A DNA stretch of 18,322 nucleotides. Origin: a virus. A program made the translations under genes and the position numbers. How positions within the stretch are numbered: the first letter of the stretch is position 1; the number at the start of each line of letters is the position of its first letter. The notes under the pieces are model-generated. The model searched no databases. It was not told the DNA's origin and saw nothing but the letters and a program-made list of their open reading frames with translations. Positions 8,782 through 15,513 of the stretch are shown here, piece after piece. The stretch lies in the UHGV virus genome UHGV-1290461, one strand, 5' to 3'.

Positions 8782-9219
8782 TCATTTCAGGCATTGCGTC
8801 CTGATGTATTCCTGCAAGTAGTTAACCTGCGCGGTTATCCTGTCGATTCCACTTCGTAGACGGTAATAATTGAGTTCAGCATCTGCTGTAAGTCTTGGGC
8901 TTTCTCCATCGCCCATGCTGCTGGCTCCGGTCGTTGACTTTGCACAGGTGGCGGCGACTTGCAGGCGCTTACGACCAGCAGAAACATCAGCGCGGAGACT
9001 TTCGATAGTCGCGTTAGCATCAGCAAGCTCCTTTGTGTATCTGGCGTCAAGTTCTGCTACATCACGTTGACGCTTCTGCATGTCAGCGATGATGGATGCG
9101 GCTTTGTCGCGCTGCTCTTTGTAGGCGATGGCGTTATCACGGTAATGATTAACAGCCCATGACAGGCAAACGATGATGCAGATAACCAGAGCGGAGATAA
9201 TCGCGGTGACTCTGCTCAT
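8782..9219 (-). CDS. Rz: i-spanin Rz
   Basis: 145 aa. N-terminus [31 protein letters not shown] matches lambda Rz as recalled. Start overlaps the R stop (ATGA). Confidence 0.93.
   Translation of the reverse strand: MSRVTAIISALVICIIVCLSWAVNHYRDNAIAYKEQRDKAASIIADMQKRQRDVAELDARYTKELADANATIESLRADVSAGRKRLQVAATCAKSTTGASSMGDGESPRLTADAELNYYRLRSGIDRITAQVNYLQEYIRTQCLK
8835..9020 (-). CDS. Rz1: o-spanin Rz1 (outer-membrane lipoprotein), embedded in Rz in the +1 frame
   Basis: Embedded ORF with signal-like [20 protein letters not shown] (lipobox VSAC) followed by a proline-rich segment ([13 protein letters not shown]), as in lambda Rz1. Start chosen at the internal ATG at 9020; exact start uncertain. 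Confidence 0.7.
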   Translation of the reverse strand: MLTRLSKVSALMFLLVVSACKSPPPVQSQRPEPAAWAMEKAQDLQQMLNSIITVYEVESTG

Positions 9220-9692
9220 ACCTCAATCTCTCTGACCGTTCCGCCAGCTTCTTTGAATTTTGCAATCAGGCTGTCAGCCTTATGCTCGAACTGACCATAA
9301 CCAGCGCCCGGCAGTGAAGCCCAGATATTGCTGCAACGGTCGATTGCCTGACGGATATCACCGCGATCAATCATCGGCAAAGCGCCACGCTCTTTAATCT
9401 GTTGCAGTGCCACAGCGTCCTGGCTTTTCGGAGAGAAGTCTTTCAGGCCAAGCTGCTTACGATAGGCATCCCACCAACGGGAAAGAAGCTGGTAACGTCC
9501 GGCTGCTGTTGATTTGAGTTTTGGGTTTAGCGTAACAAGTTTGCGAGGGTGATCGGAGTAATCAGTGAATAGCTCTCCGCCAACAATGACGTCATAACCA
9601 TGATTTCTGGTTTTCTGCCGTCCGTTATCAGTTCCCTCTGACCACGCCAGCATATCGAGAAACGCCTTACGTTGATTATTGATTTCCACCAT
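9216..9692 (-). CDS. R: Endolysin R (lytic transglycosylase)
   Basis: 158 aa. [53 protein letters not shown]... is essentially the lambda R sequence as recalled. Overlaps S by 17 nt, as in lambda. Confidence 0.95.
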   Translation of the reverse strand: MVEINNQRKAFLDMLAWSEGTDNGRQKTRNHGYDVIVGGELFTDYSDHPRKLVTLNPKLKSTAAGRYQLLSRWWDAYRKQLGLKDFSPKSQDAVALQQIKERGALPMIDRGDIRQAIDRCSNIWASLPGAGYGQFEHKADSLIAKFKEAGGTVREIEV

Positions 9693-9999
9693 CTTCTACT
9701 CCGGCTTTTTTAGCAGCGAAGCGTTTGATAAGCGAACCAATCGAGTCAGTACCGATGTAGCCGATGAACACGCTCGTTATATAAGCGAGATTGCTACTTA
9801 GTCCTGCGAAGTCGAGAAGGTCACGAATGAACCAGGCGATAATGGCGCACATCGTTGCGTCGATTACTGTTTTTGTAAACGCACCGCCATTATATCTGCC
9901 GCGAAGGTACGCCATTGCAAACGCAAGGATTGCCCCGATGCCTTGTTCCTTTGCCGCGAGAATGGCGGCTAACAGGTCATGTTTTTCTGGCATCTTCAT
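9676..9999 (-). CDS. S: Holin/antiholin S (S107 from the ATG at 9999, S105 from the ATG at 9993)
   Basis: 107 aa beginning [43 protein letters not shown], the lambda S dual-start motif (Met1-Lys2-Met3) and sequence as recalled. Confidence 0.95.
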   Translation of the reverse strand: MKMPEKHDLLAAILAAKEQGIGAILAFAMAYLRGRYNGGAFTKTVIDATMCAIIAWFIRDLLDFAGLSSNLAYITSVFIGYIGTDSIGSLIKRFAAKKAGVEDGGNQ

Positions 10000-10241
10000 G
10001 TCTTACCCCCAATAAGGGGATTTGCTCTATTTAATTAGGAATAAGGTCGATTACTGATAGAACAAATCCAGGCTACTGTGTTTAGTAATCAGATTTGTTC
10101 GTGACCGATATGCACGGGCAAAACGGCAGGAGGTTGTTAGCGCAGCCTCTTGCCACCCGCTTTCACGAAGGTCATGTGTAGAAGGCCGCAGCGTAACTAT
10201 CACTGATGAATTCAGGATAGCCAGTGGCTACGGCTCAGTTA

Positions 10242-10317
10242 TGGTGCTGGTTAACGGACTTGAACCGCTACCCATTCGCTTACAAGGCGACCGCTCTACC
10301 ATTGGAGCTAAACCAGC
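10242..10317 (-). tRNA. tRNA-Thr (anticodon UGU), 76 nt with encoded CCA
   Basis: Hand-folded cloverleaf: acceptor GCUGGUU/AACCAGC (7 bp); D-arm GCUC/GAGC; anticodon loop CUUGUAA; T-arm AGCGG/CCGUU with loop UUCAAGU; discriminator A then CCA. Non-canonical points: G27-A43 mismatch and C at position 14. Confidence 0.65.
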
Positions 10318-10322
10318 ATGTT

Positions 10323-10397
10323 TGGCGGGACAGCGTGGACTCGAACCACGATAAGAAGGTTAACAGCCTTCCGTAATGACCTTTATACGACTGACCC
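10323..10397 (-). tRNA. tRNA-Asn-like (anticodon GUU), 75 nt with encoded CCA
   Basis: Hand-folded: acceptor GGGUCAG/CUGUCCC (one U-U mismatch); anticodon stem GAAGG/CCUUC with loop CUGUUAA (same loop as E. coli tRNA-Asn); T-arm CGUGG/CCACG with loop UUCGAGU; G73 then CCA. Weak D-stem and 4-nt variable loop. Confidence 0.55.
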
Positions 10398-10442
10398 AAA
10401 TAAAAAAGCCACCGTTGCAACTTAAGAGTCACTAACGGCAGC
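10398..10442 (-). terminator. Putative tR'-like intrinsic terminator between the late promoter and the tRNAs
   Basis: Minus RNA GCUGCCGUU...(17-nt loop)...AACGGUGGC forms a 9-bp stem including two G-U pairs, followed by UUUUUUAUUU. Lies about 45 nt downstream of the predicted late transcription start. Confidence 0.45.
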
Positions 10443-10446
10443 TTAC

Positions 10447-10482
10447 CTGCTAATTATGGCTAAATGACTAATTGCATGTCAA
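10447..10482 (-). promoter_or_regulatory. Putative late promoter pR' (-35 TTGACA, 18-bp spacer, -10 CATAAT), overlapping the 3' end of Q
   Basis: Consensus -35 TTGACA at 10482..10477 (inside the last Q codons) and -10 CATAAT at 10458..10453, immediately after the Q stop codon. Confidence 0.5.
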
Positions 10483-10978
10483 GGCTTTTAACAGCAACAT
10501 GCTTAACTTTCTCAACACGTTTACGCATTTTGAAAGCATTTTGCATTGGCTGGTACAAAACAAATAACGACGCTTTCAGGATGTCGTCAATTTCGTTTCT
10601 ACAGGTTGCCAGTGAAGGTTTTCTCCATCCCTCGCCACCACGTCCACACATCTTGCGTGGCTTTGCAGTCGCGTGATAGTAGGATGCAATTGCTCGCTTA
10701 GATGAACCATGAGCGTAGTAGCTGAGGAGGATGCCAAAGGCTTTCTTGTCAATGTACATGACGGAATCGACGACCTGAGAAATCAACATTCCATCATCAT
10801 CATTACACATTGGCCTTGTCATAATTCTTCCCGGCTCTACGCTCTCCATGAACTTCGCTATTACGCTGCTCATGCGCTTTTCCAGACGACCTGAATAAAC
10901 CCATGCGCCCCACAGTTCAAGCCAGCCATTCAGCCACTCGTGCTGCTCTTTGGTGAGGTTTAGTTCTCTTATGCTCAT
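10460..10978 (-). CDS. Q: Late-gene antiterminator Q, phage-82/QuuD-like family
   Basis: 172 aa. Motifs LELWGAWVYSG and TRPMCNDDDGMLISQVVD resemble the ERWGAW and RPxCxDDDxM motifs of the phage-82-type Q family. Sits between the nin region and the lysis genes. Confidence 0.75.
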   Translation of the reverse strand: MSIRELNLTKEQHEWLNGWLELWGAWVYSGRLEKRMSSVIAKFMESVEPGRIMTRPMCNDDDGMLISQVVDSVMYIDKKAFGILLSYYAHGSSKRAIASYYHATAKPRKMCGRGGEGWRKPSLATCRNEIDDILKASLFVLYQPMQNAFKMRKRVEKVKHVAVKSLDMQLVI

Positions 10979-11163
10979 CGTCTTCCCCTCTTGCCCTGTT
11001 TGACCATCAGGACGCCGTTAACTATTACGTGACGCTCGCCTTTGCTGTCTCGGTTGTACTTGAGCACTGTTCCTCTTGCGCAGGAAAGCATCCTCGCCAC
11101 TTCGGTCTGATTGCCTCGTGTCTGGATAAGAAGCTCTGGTATCGTTTGAATTGTGGCGTTCAT
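10975..11163 (-). CDS. ninH: NinH-like small DNA-binding protein
   Basis: 62 aa. TIPELLIQTRGNQTEVARMLSCARGTVLKY...IVNGVLMV fits the recalled NinH pattern (helix-turn-helix, Fis-like). Directly upstream of Q with an ATGA overlap. Confidence 0.6.
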   Translation of the reverse strand: MNATIQTIPELLIQTRGNQTEVARMLSCARGTVLKYNRDSKGERHVIVNGVLMVKQGKRGRR

Positions 11164-11522
11164 GCGTTCTCCAGTTCGGTGATTTTTATTCCAAGCCTTC
11201 CGCCTGGTACTTTCACGCCACGAATTACGCGAATGTCATCGAATTGCTCGTCGTCTTCCGCAAATCCGGCGTGGATAAGGGAGTCGAGTAAACCTTTCAG
11301 GATATTATCGAGGTCGCGACGGCGGGAGTCTGGAACGTCTGCGATGACTTTGATGCGGAGTCGTGATTTGGTGAAAATATCTAACTTGAGTTGGTGGATG
11401 ATTTGCTGAACGTCTTTTCGGTATTTCTGGCCTTTATCGCTGATGTAGTATTGGCTTCCCCGTCTTCGCCAGTAGGTATTCACCGACGGCGGGTATGGAA
11501 GCACAAACTGATATTCGTTCAT
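11160..11522 (-). CDS. rusA: Holliday junction resolvase RusA
   Basis: 120 aa. YPPSVNTYWRRRG, DVPDSRRRDLDNILKGLLDSL and GGRLGIKITEL match RusA (E. coli RusA is 120 aa and has the PDRRRRDLDN catalytic motif). Confidence 0.9.
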   Translation of the reverse strand: MNEYQFVLPYPPSVNTYWRRRGSQYYISDKGQKYRKDVQQIIHQLKLDIFTKSRLRIKVIADVPDSRRRDLDNILKGLLDSLIHAGFAEDDEQFDDIRVIRGVKVPGGRLGIKITELENA

Positions 11523-11797
11523 TGGACAAACACCCTCCCATTGTTAACCAATTTTTTAAGGGTAAGCACAATGGCCCGATCCATTTCAGCCCTTCGCTCT
11601 TCCCTGCTCATATCTCTCCCATTATCAATTCTTGAATGACAATCAACACATAGCGCAGCAGTAAGGCAATCATCTACTTTAATCCCAACCCCCTTCCCTT
11701 CATTTCTGTGAGCGGCCTGAACTCCGTATCTTCCGCAAAGAACGCAAAATTCAATATCCCTGACTGCCTGAAGCCATTTTTTGCTTCTAAACATCAA
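11519..11797 (-). CDS. YbcO-like (DUF1364) Cys-rich protein, putative metal-dependent nuclease
   Basis: 92 aa with Cys pairs FCVLCG ... CVDCHSR. Immediately upstream of rusA, as ybcO is in the DLP12 nin region. Start may be the second Met (11794). Confidence 0.5.
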   Translation of the reverse strand: MMFRSKKWLQAVRDIEFCVLCGRYGVQAAHRNEGKGVGIKVDDCLTAALCVDCHSRIDNGRDMSREERRAEMDRAIVLTLKKLVNNGRVFVQ

Positions 11798-12296
11798 TCC
11801 CCTCCAAAAAACGTCGGTACGCTGATTTGTTTTTTATGTTGCACACTGTCTGCGCACAAACACCAAATTCTTTGGCTATATCTCTGTATTTGCCTTTTGA
11901 TTTATATATTGATTTCACTTGTTCTGGCGTTAGTTTGCAGAAATGATGATTAAACCCATGAACAAGCAATCCGGAATCAAATCCATGTTTCGCATTTTCT
12001 GTTCGCGTTACCCACTCAAGATTTTCAACTTTATTATTAAGTTTATTTCCATCCTTGTGATTAACTTCCGGTTTGCCATCTGGGTTATCAATAAATACTT
12101 CTGCAACAATTCTGTGAACCATTTTATATGATGGTCTTTTCCCGCCACCTGGATACAGACCGACAAATGCATATCCTCCTGGTTTAATGCCATGAGATAA
12201 TTTTTTTGATTTACGGCATGAAATGATGTCTCCATTTTCAGTTACTTTATATATACCCTCAAAGCCGGGGATATCTTTTTCTTTAACATCACTCAT
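11787..12296 (-). CDS. HNH homing endonuclease (NUMOD4-like N-terminal motif plus HNH_3/AP2-type nuclease core, C-terminal helix-turn-helix-like tail)
   Basis: 169 aa. GFEGIYKVTENGDIIS (NUMOD4-like) and HRIVAEVFIDNPDGKPEVNHKDGNKLNNKVENLEWVTRTENAKH (HNH_3-like). The coding DNA is visibly AT-rich (about 36% GC by eye) against about 50% in the flanks. Confidence 0.8.
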   Translation of the reverse strand: MSDVKEKDIPGFEGIYKVTENGDIISCRKSKKLSHGIKPGGYAFVGLYPGGGKRPSYKMVHRIVAEVFIDNPDGKPEVNHKDGNKLNNKVENLEWVTRTENAKHGFDSGLLVHGFNHHFCKLTPEQVKSIYKSKGKYRDIAKEFGVCAQTVCNIKNKSAYRRFLEGIDV

Positions 12297-12465
12297 CGTC
12301 TTCTTCCTCGTACATTGAGCTATTCGGATCGCTCATCAGCTCTGCGCAGCAATCGGAGCACACGTGAACTTCCAGCACATGCAGCTTCTGACCGCAGTTA
12401 GCGCACGTTAAAGCTCGCTCGACGCTTTCTTTCTGGTATTGAATGGATTGGGATGGGCTAAGCAT
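12289..12465 (-). CDS. ninF: NinF
   Basis: 58 aa, hand-translated (below the ORF-track length cutoff): [58 protein letters not shown], matching lambda NinF as recalled. Stop overlaps the HNH start. Confidence 0.8.
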   Translation of the reverse strand: MLSPSQSIQYQKESVERALTCANCGQKLHVLEVHVCSDCCAELMSDPNSSMYEEEDDE

Positions 12466-12823
12466 TATTGGCGTCCTGCATCATGAGAAAGACAATCATG
12501 GCGGCGCGGAGTGGGTTTTCATCTTGAGTCATATGATATGGGGTACTATCACTGCCAACTTTTCTATGCGCTGCCTTCCATAATCCATTTTCTGGCGCTG
12601 GAATAATGCCAATTCTGTTCTCTACGATAATCGGCTCTGCGTCTGATGGGCTTTTACAGTAATCAACCGTTTTTATTGCATAACCAGTTTCGTCATCCCA
12701 CTCAACACCAACGATTGATGTTCCCAACTTTGCGATTTCGCAATCTTCGGGAGCAAATCCACAGCAAATTGCCACTCGCTTGTTAATTTCAAAATCACTT
12801 AACTGTGAATAATCCATTGTCAT
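12458..12823 (-). CDS. NinX-like protein (position between ninE and ninF as in P22)
   Basis: 121 aa from the internal ATG at 12823 ([23 protein letters not shown]...), which forms an ATGA overlap with the NinE stop. Assignment is positional plus weak recall. Confidence 0.45.
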   Translation of the reverse strand: MTMDYSQLSDFEINKRVAICCGFAPEDCEIAKLGTSIVGVEWDDETGYAIKTVDYCKSPSDAEPIIVENRIGIIPAPENGLWKAAHRKVGSDSTPYHMTQDENPLRAAMIVFLMMQDANNA

Positions 12824-12996
12824 TTCCTCGCACGATGTCTTAGCCACCGGATATCCCACAGGTGAGCCGTGTAATTGAAGGTTTTTACGTCAGATTCTTT
12901 TGGGATTGGCTTGCGTTTATTTCTGGAGCGTTTCGTTGGAAGGTATTTGCAGTTTTCGCAGATTATGTCGGTGATACTTCGTCGCTGTCGTCTCAT
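12820..12996 (-). CDS. ninE: NinE
   Basis: 58 aa from the internal [61 protein letters not shown], matching lambda NinE as recalled. ATGA overlap with the ninB stop. Confidence 0.75.
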   Translation of the reverse strand: MRRQRRSITDIICENCKYLPTKRSRNKRKPIPKESDVKTFNYTAHLWDIRWLRHRARK

Positions 12997-13403
12997 TCGT
13001 ACCTCCTGTCGGTAAATCTGACACCCTGACCAATAGCCCATGCTGTCGTGTACTCAATCAGACTTGCCATACGCTTCACACTCATCTGCGCGCTACTTTC
13101 GCGAATGTTGACGTATTCGCCTTCAAGGCCGGGCAAAACATCAGCTTCCTGCTTTGTTGCCACTGCATGACCGCTGATCAACAAAACCTTCCATTGTTCC
13201 GGTTTTAACCATTTGCCGCACCATTGAACCTGACGTGCGATATCCGCCAGCATCGCGTGAAATTTTGCGTTCTGGTCAAGGTTGCGCTTGTAGTCAGTAA
13301 TGCGGATGGTGACTGGCTTGTCTTTATCGAGTGGTGTTGCGAGGATGGCATTTATTGCAGCTTGCTGTTGTTGCTTAGTTCGGAGGAAGATTGTTTGCTT
13401 CAT
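12993..13403 (-). CDS. ninB: NinB (Orf-family recombination mediator)
   Basis: 136 aa. Motif [31 protein letters not shown] parallels lambda NinB (LDQNRKLWACLGDVSRQVEWHGRWLDAESWK as recalled). Confidence 0.8.
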   Translation of the reverse strand: MKQTIFLRTKQQQQAAINAILATPLDKDKPVTIRITDYKRNLDQNAKFHAMLADIARQVQWCGKWLKPEQWKVLLISGHAVATKQEADVLPGLEGEYVNIRESSAQMSVKRMASLIEYTTAWAIGQGVRFTDRRYE

Positions 13404-13405
13404 CG

Positions 13406-13690
13406 TTACTCCTTCACTTTGACTCCAGCAGCGCGGATGGCGCTCTGCACCTCGCTTACATACAGATATGGGGTTCGCCCACTATGCATGGTAAAGCTTT
13501 CAGGAAGCTCAATCTCGATAGCTGCTCGCGATGCCTGCCATAAAGCCCACCACTCATTTAAGGAGTGACGAATATCCATGCTTGAAAATGCGAAGTACCT
13601 ATCACCATTTCTTGCCTCGGTTATCATCTCGAATGGTAATCTCAATTTTTTGGCAACGTATTCCTCAAACTGCTTTCTTGATTCGCCCAT
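13406..13690 (-). CDS. Hypothetical 94 aa protein (Trp-rich central motif NEWWALWQASRAA)
   Basis: ORF-track ORF 13406..13714 starts at a GTG; the first ATG (13690) lies 1 nt after the stop of the upstream ORF, suggesting translational coupling. No family recognised. Confidence 0.45.
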   Translation of the reverse strand: MGESRKQFEEYVAKKLRLPFEMITEARNGDRYFAFSSMDIRHSLNEWWALWQASRAAIEIELPESFTMHSGRTPYLYVSEVQSAIRAAGVKVKE

Positions 13691-13691
13691 A

Positions 13692-13907
13692 TCAATCCCC
13701 GTTAGTCGTTTCACTCACGAATCTGACAAAACCAGCCATGTTAATTTGCATGAGTTTTTTCAACACTTTGTCTCGCCGGCTACGTTTTGGTTTTGGCCTG
13801 TGGTTGAATCTTTCACAAACTGGAAGGCTTGATGATTTCCAGTACCTATTACGCCTTGCTCCATCTTCCGCCATATCGGCATGAATAAGGTCTGCGAGTG
13901 TGCTCAT
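13692..13907 (-). CDS. Hypothetical 71 aa protein with highly basic core (NHRPKPKRSRRDKVLKKL)
   Basis: ATG at 13907 preceded by GGAGAGG. The ORF-track start at 13913 is a GTG. No family recognised. Confidence 0.4.
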   Translation of the reverse strand: MSTLADLIHADMAEDGARRNRYWKSSSLPVCERFNHRPKPKRSRRDKVLKKLMQINMAGFVRFVSETTNGD

Positions 13908-13921
13908 ATTCACCTCTCCAG

Positions 13922-14104
13922 TTACATTGGTTTTGTAATGTTGCTAGTCATCTTAAGAATAAAAAAATGCGTACGTAGCTTTGCTTCCCACATGTAAATC
14001 TCCTCAAGGCGAGATAAATCTACGAATACCGGACCTTTGTAATCTGGTCTTGATGCCCTTATGTATGAGCTAATAGTTTGTGCATCTTGCTCGTCAAGAT
14101 TCAT
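13922..14104 (-). CDS. Hypothetical 60 aa protein (AT-rich coding sequence)
   Basis: ATG at 14104 preceded by AGAGGGAAG. The coding DNA is visibly AT-rich. No family recognised. Confidence 0.45.
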   Translation of the reverse strand: MNLDEQDAQTISSYIRASRPDYKGPVFVDLSRLEEIYMWEAKLRTHFFILKMTSNITKPM

Positions 14105-14297
14105 GACTTCCCTCTCTAACAGATTTCAGGTTATTCCACTCCGTTACCGCACTGCGATAATTCGCGGCCGCCACAGCAGCGTGGTTAGCGCAGTAGATTT
14201 GGCACCCGTTCTCCATGTCGAATATTGTCGGTGATTTTCCGCATTTACATTTTTTGGCACGCGGTGCGTCTGAACACATTCCGTTAATGGTGTCCAT
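14094..14297 (-). CDS. Hypothetical 67 aa Cys-rich protein (possible zinc ribbon)
   Basis: ATG at 14297 preceded by GAGGGGG at 6 nt. Cys at residues 8, 17, 19, 32 and 36 (CKCGK ... CQIYCANH). 3' end overlaps the start of the next ORF by 11 nt. Confidence 0.45.
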   Translation of the reverse strand: MDTINGMCSDAPRAKKCKCGKSPTIFDMENGCQIYCANHAAVAAANYRSAVTEWNNLKSVREGSHES

Positions 14298-14320
14298 CAG
14301 AATCCCCCTCGTTCTTAATC

Positions 14321-14352
14321 CAATAAAAAAGGACTACTGTGTAAATAGCCCC
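14321..14352 (-). terminator. Putative tR2-like intrinsic terminator downstream of the Ren-like gene
   Basis: Minus RNA GGGGCUA-UUUACACAG-UAGUCC (6-bp stem with one G-U) followed by UUUUUUUAUU. Lambda tR2 occupies the same position, between ren and the nin genes. Confidence 0.45.
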
Positions 14353-14378
14353 TGTTATTAGCTCAGTGATGTAGATGG

Positions 14379-14669
14379 TCATTGCCTTACCTCCATAAGC
14401 GCCCTATTAATAAACGCCGTCATTGGATTTGCACATCCCCACCCCGTACCATCTGGATTTCTTTTAATTGGCTCCTTCTTCACTTTGCGTTTTGCATAAA
14501 TAACCGTCTTCCACTTACGCTCAACAACACTCAAATGTCCTTGTTTCACCATATGCCTTGCTGCTTGAGCGATTCTGTTATTTGGTATTCCGGTGATCAG
14601 TGCTAATTCATGTGGGGAGAATTGTTCATGAGTTTTCAGATATTCCAGGATGATTTCTTTTCCAGTCAC
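14379..14669 (-). CDS. ren: Ren-like protein
   Basis: 96 aa. N-terminus MTGKEIILEYLKTHEQFSPHELALITG resembles lambda Ren (MTGKEAIIHYLGTHNSF... as recalled). Same length and position (after the replication loader gene). Confidence 0.55.
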   Translation of the reverse strand: MTGKEIILEYLKTHEQFSPHELALITGIPNNRIAQAARHMVKQGHLSVVERKWKTVIYAKRKVKKEPIKRNPDGTGWGCANPMTAFINRALMEVRQ

Positions 14670-15511
14670 GATCTGCTCCTGTAACTATCCCATGTAAACG
14701 CAAGAGTGCACCCGCCGCCATCATTCATCCTGTCAATAACACGCTCACCAATGAATGCAGACAGTTCATCTTTGCTCTGGTTGCTAATCAGGATTGTTGG
14801 CTTCATGCGCTCGTAGCGGGTGTTGATGATTTCGAACATGATCATCTTTTCCGCCTCGCTTCCAAACTGCACACCAACCTCATCGATAATTAGCAGGTCA
14901 GGTTTAGTGAACTGTCGGATCACTTCATCCTCTGTGCGGGTGGAGTTTTTCGACCATGTTGATTTATATTCTCTGGCAATTTTCAGCGCCGTTGTGAAAA
15001 TAGCTGAGCTTTGATGTTCCGTAATTGCGTGCCGGGCGATAGCCAGTGCAAGATGATTCTTTCCAGTACCAGGCTTTCCACACATAACCAGCCCACCGCC
15101 TTTCTGTAACCTCTCAGGCCATTTGTTGGCGTATGCCTGACACACCCTGAGCACTCTCTTTGCATCGTCGTTGATTGGCTCGTAGTTCTGTAGTGTGCAA
15201 CCCTTGAATCGTTCAGGAATATCAAGATTATTCAACAGAAACTCGACATTGCGCTTACGTGATTCTTCGTCGATTTTAATCTTCTCTGCCTGTAGCCGAA
15301 TAAGCTCATCTCTCAAGCATTCAGGGCATTCGCTAGGTCTTGAGGCAAACTTAATTGGCCCAGTCGAGTAACGGTTACGCTGCTCAAACTCACCATGTTT
15401 TTCACAGATGCCAGTGCCAATTTCTACAGCTGTATGCTCGATAGCAATTGGCGGAGAACTCAATTCTGCAAGTTTTTTCTCCAGTTGGGAGATCTTTTCA
15501 TCCAGCGTCAT
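14666..15511 (-). CDS. Replication helicase loader, DnaC-like AAA+ ATPase (functional analogue of lambda P)
   Basis: Walker A GKPGTGKNHLA and Walker B LLIIDEVG. Start placed at the ATG at 15511 (MTLDEK...), which has AGGAG 5 nt upstream and overlaps the O stop; the ORF-track start is 15529. ATGA overlap with ren at the 3' end. Confidence 0.85.
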   Translation of the reverse strand: MTLDEKISQLEKKLAELSSPPIAIEHTAVEIGTGICEKHGEFEQRNRYSTGPIKFASRPSECPECLRDELIRLQAEKIKIDEESRKRNVEFLLNNLDIPERFKGCTLQNYEPINDDAKRVLRVCQAYANKWPERLQKGGGLVMCGKPGTGKNHLALAIARHAITEHQSSAIFTTALKIAREYKSTWSKNSTRTEDEVIRQFTKPDLLIIDEVGVQFGSEAEKMIMFEIINTRYERMKPTILISNQSKDELSAFIGERVIDRMNDGGGCTLAFTWDSYRSRS

Positions 15512-15513
15512 GT

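Noticed and set aside
8870-9162. Plus-strand ORFs of 66 and 67 aa inside Rz
   Set aside because: Antisense to Rz/Rz1; the genuine embedded gene (Rz1) is on the minus strand.
10100-10241. Possible third tRNA or tRNA remnant between tRNA-Thr and S
   Set aside because: No acceptor/T-arm pairing or CCA could be folded; the sequence reads as the lambda-type late leader instead.
10400-10460. Toxin or other moron gene (Stx-like slot) between Q and the lysis genes
   Set aside because: Only about 480 bp separate Q from S, and they are fully accounted for by promoter, terminator, two tRNAs and the leader; no coding capacity remains.
10464-11409. Plus-strand ORFs (70, 61 and 126 aa) antisense to Q, NinH-like and rusA
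   Set aside because: Antisense overlaps of well-supported minus-strand genes; no start signals.
11391-12235. Plus-strand ORFs (82, 81 and 62 aa) and minus-strand 75 aa ORF overlapping the YbcO-like and HNH genes
   Set aside because: In the AT-rich HNH region, stop-free stretches arise by chance in several frames; the HNH frame alone carries recognisable motifs.
13224-13884. Plus-strand ORFs (114, 117 and 84 aa) across ninB and the small-ORF cassette
   Set aside because: Antisense to minus-strand ORFs that have ribosome-binding sites and coupled starts; no plus-strand promoter or ribosome-binding site evident.
14382-15225. Plus-strand ORFs (74 and 64 aa) and minus-strand 80 aa ORF within ren and the DnaC-like gene
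   Set aside because: Overlap genes with clear motifs (Walker A/B); considered spurious.
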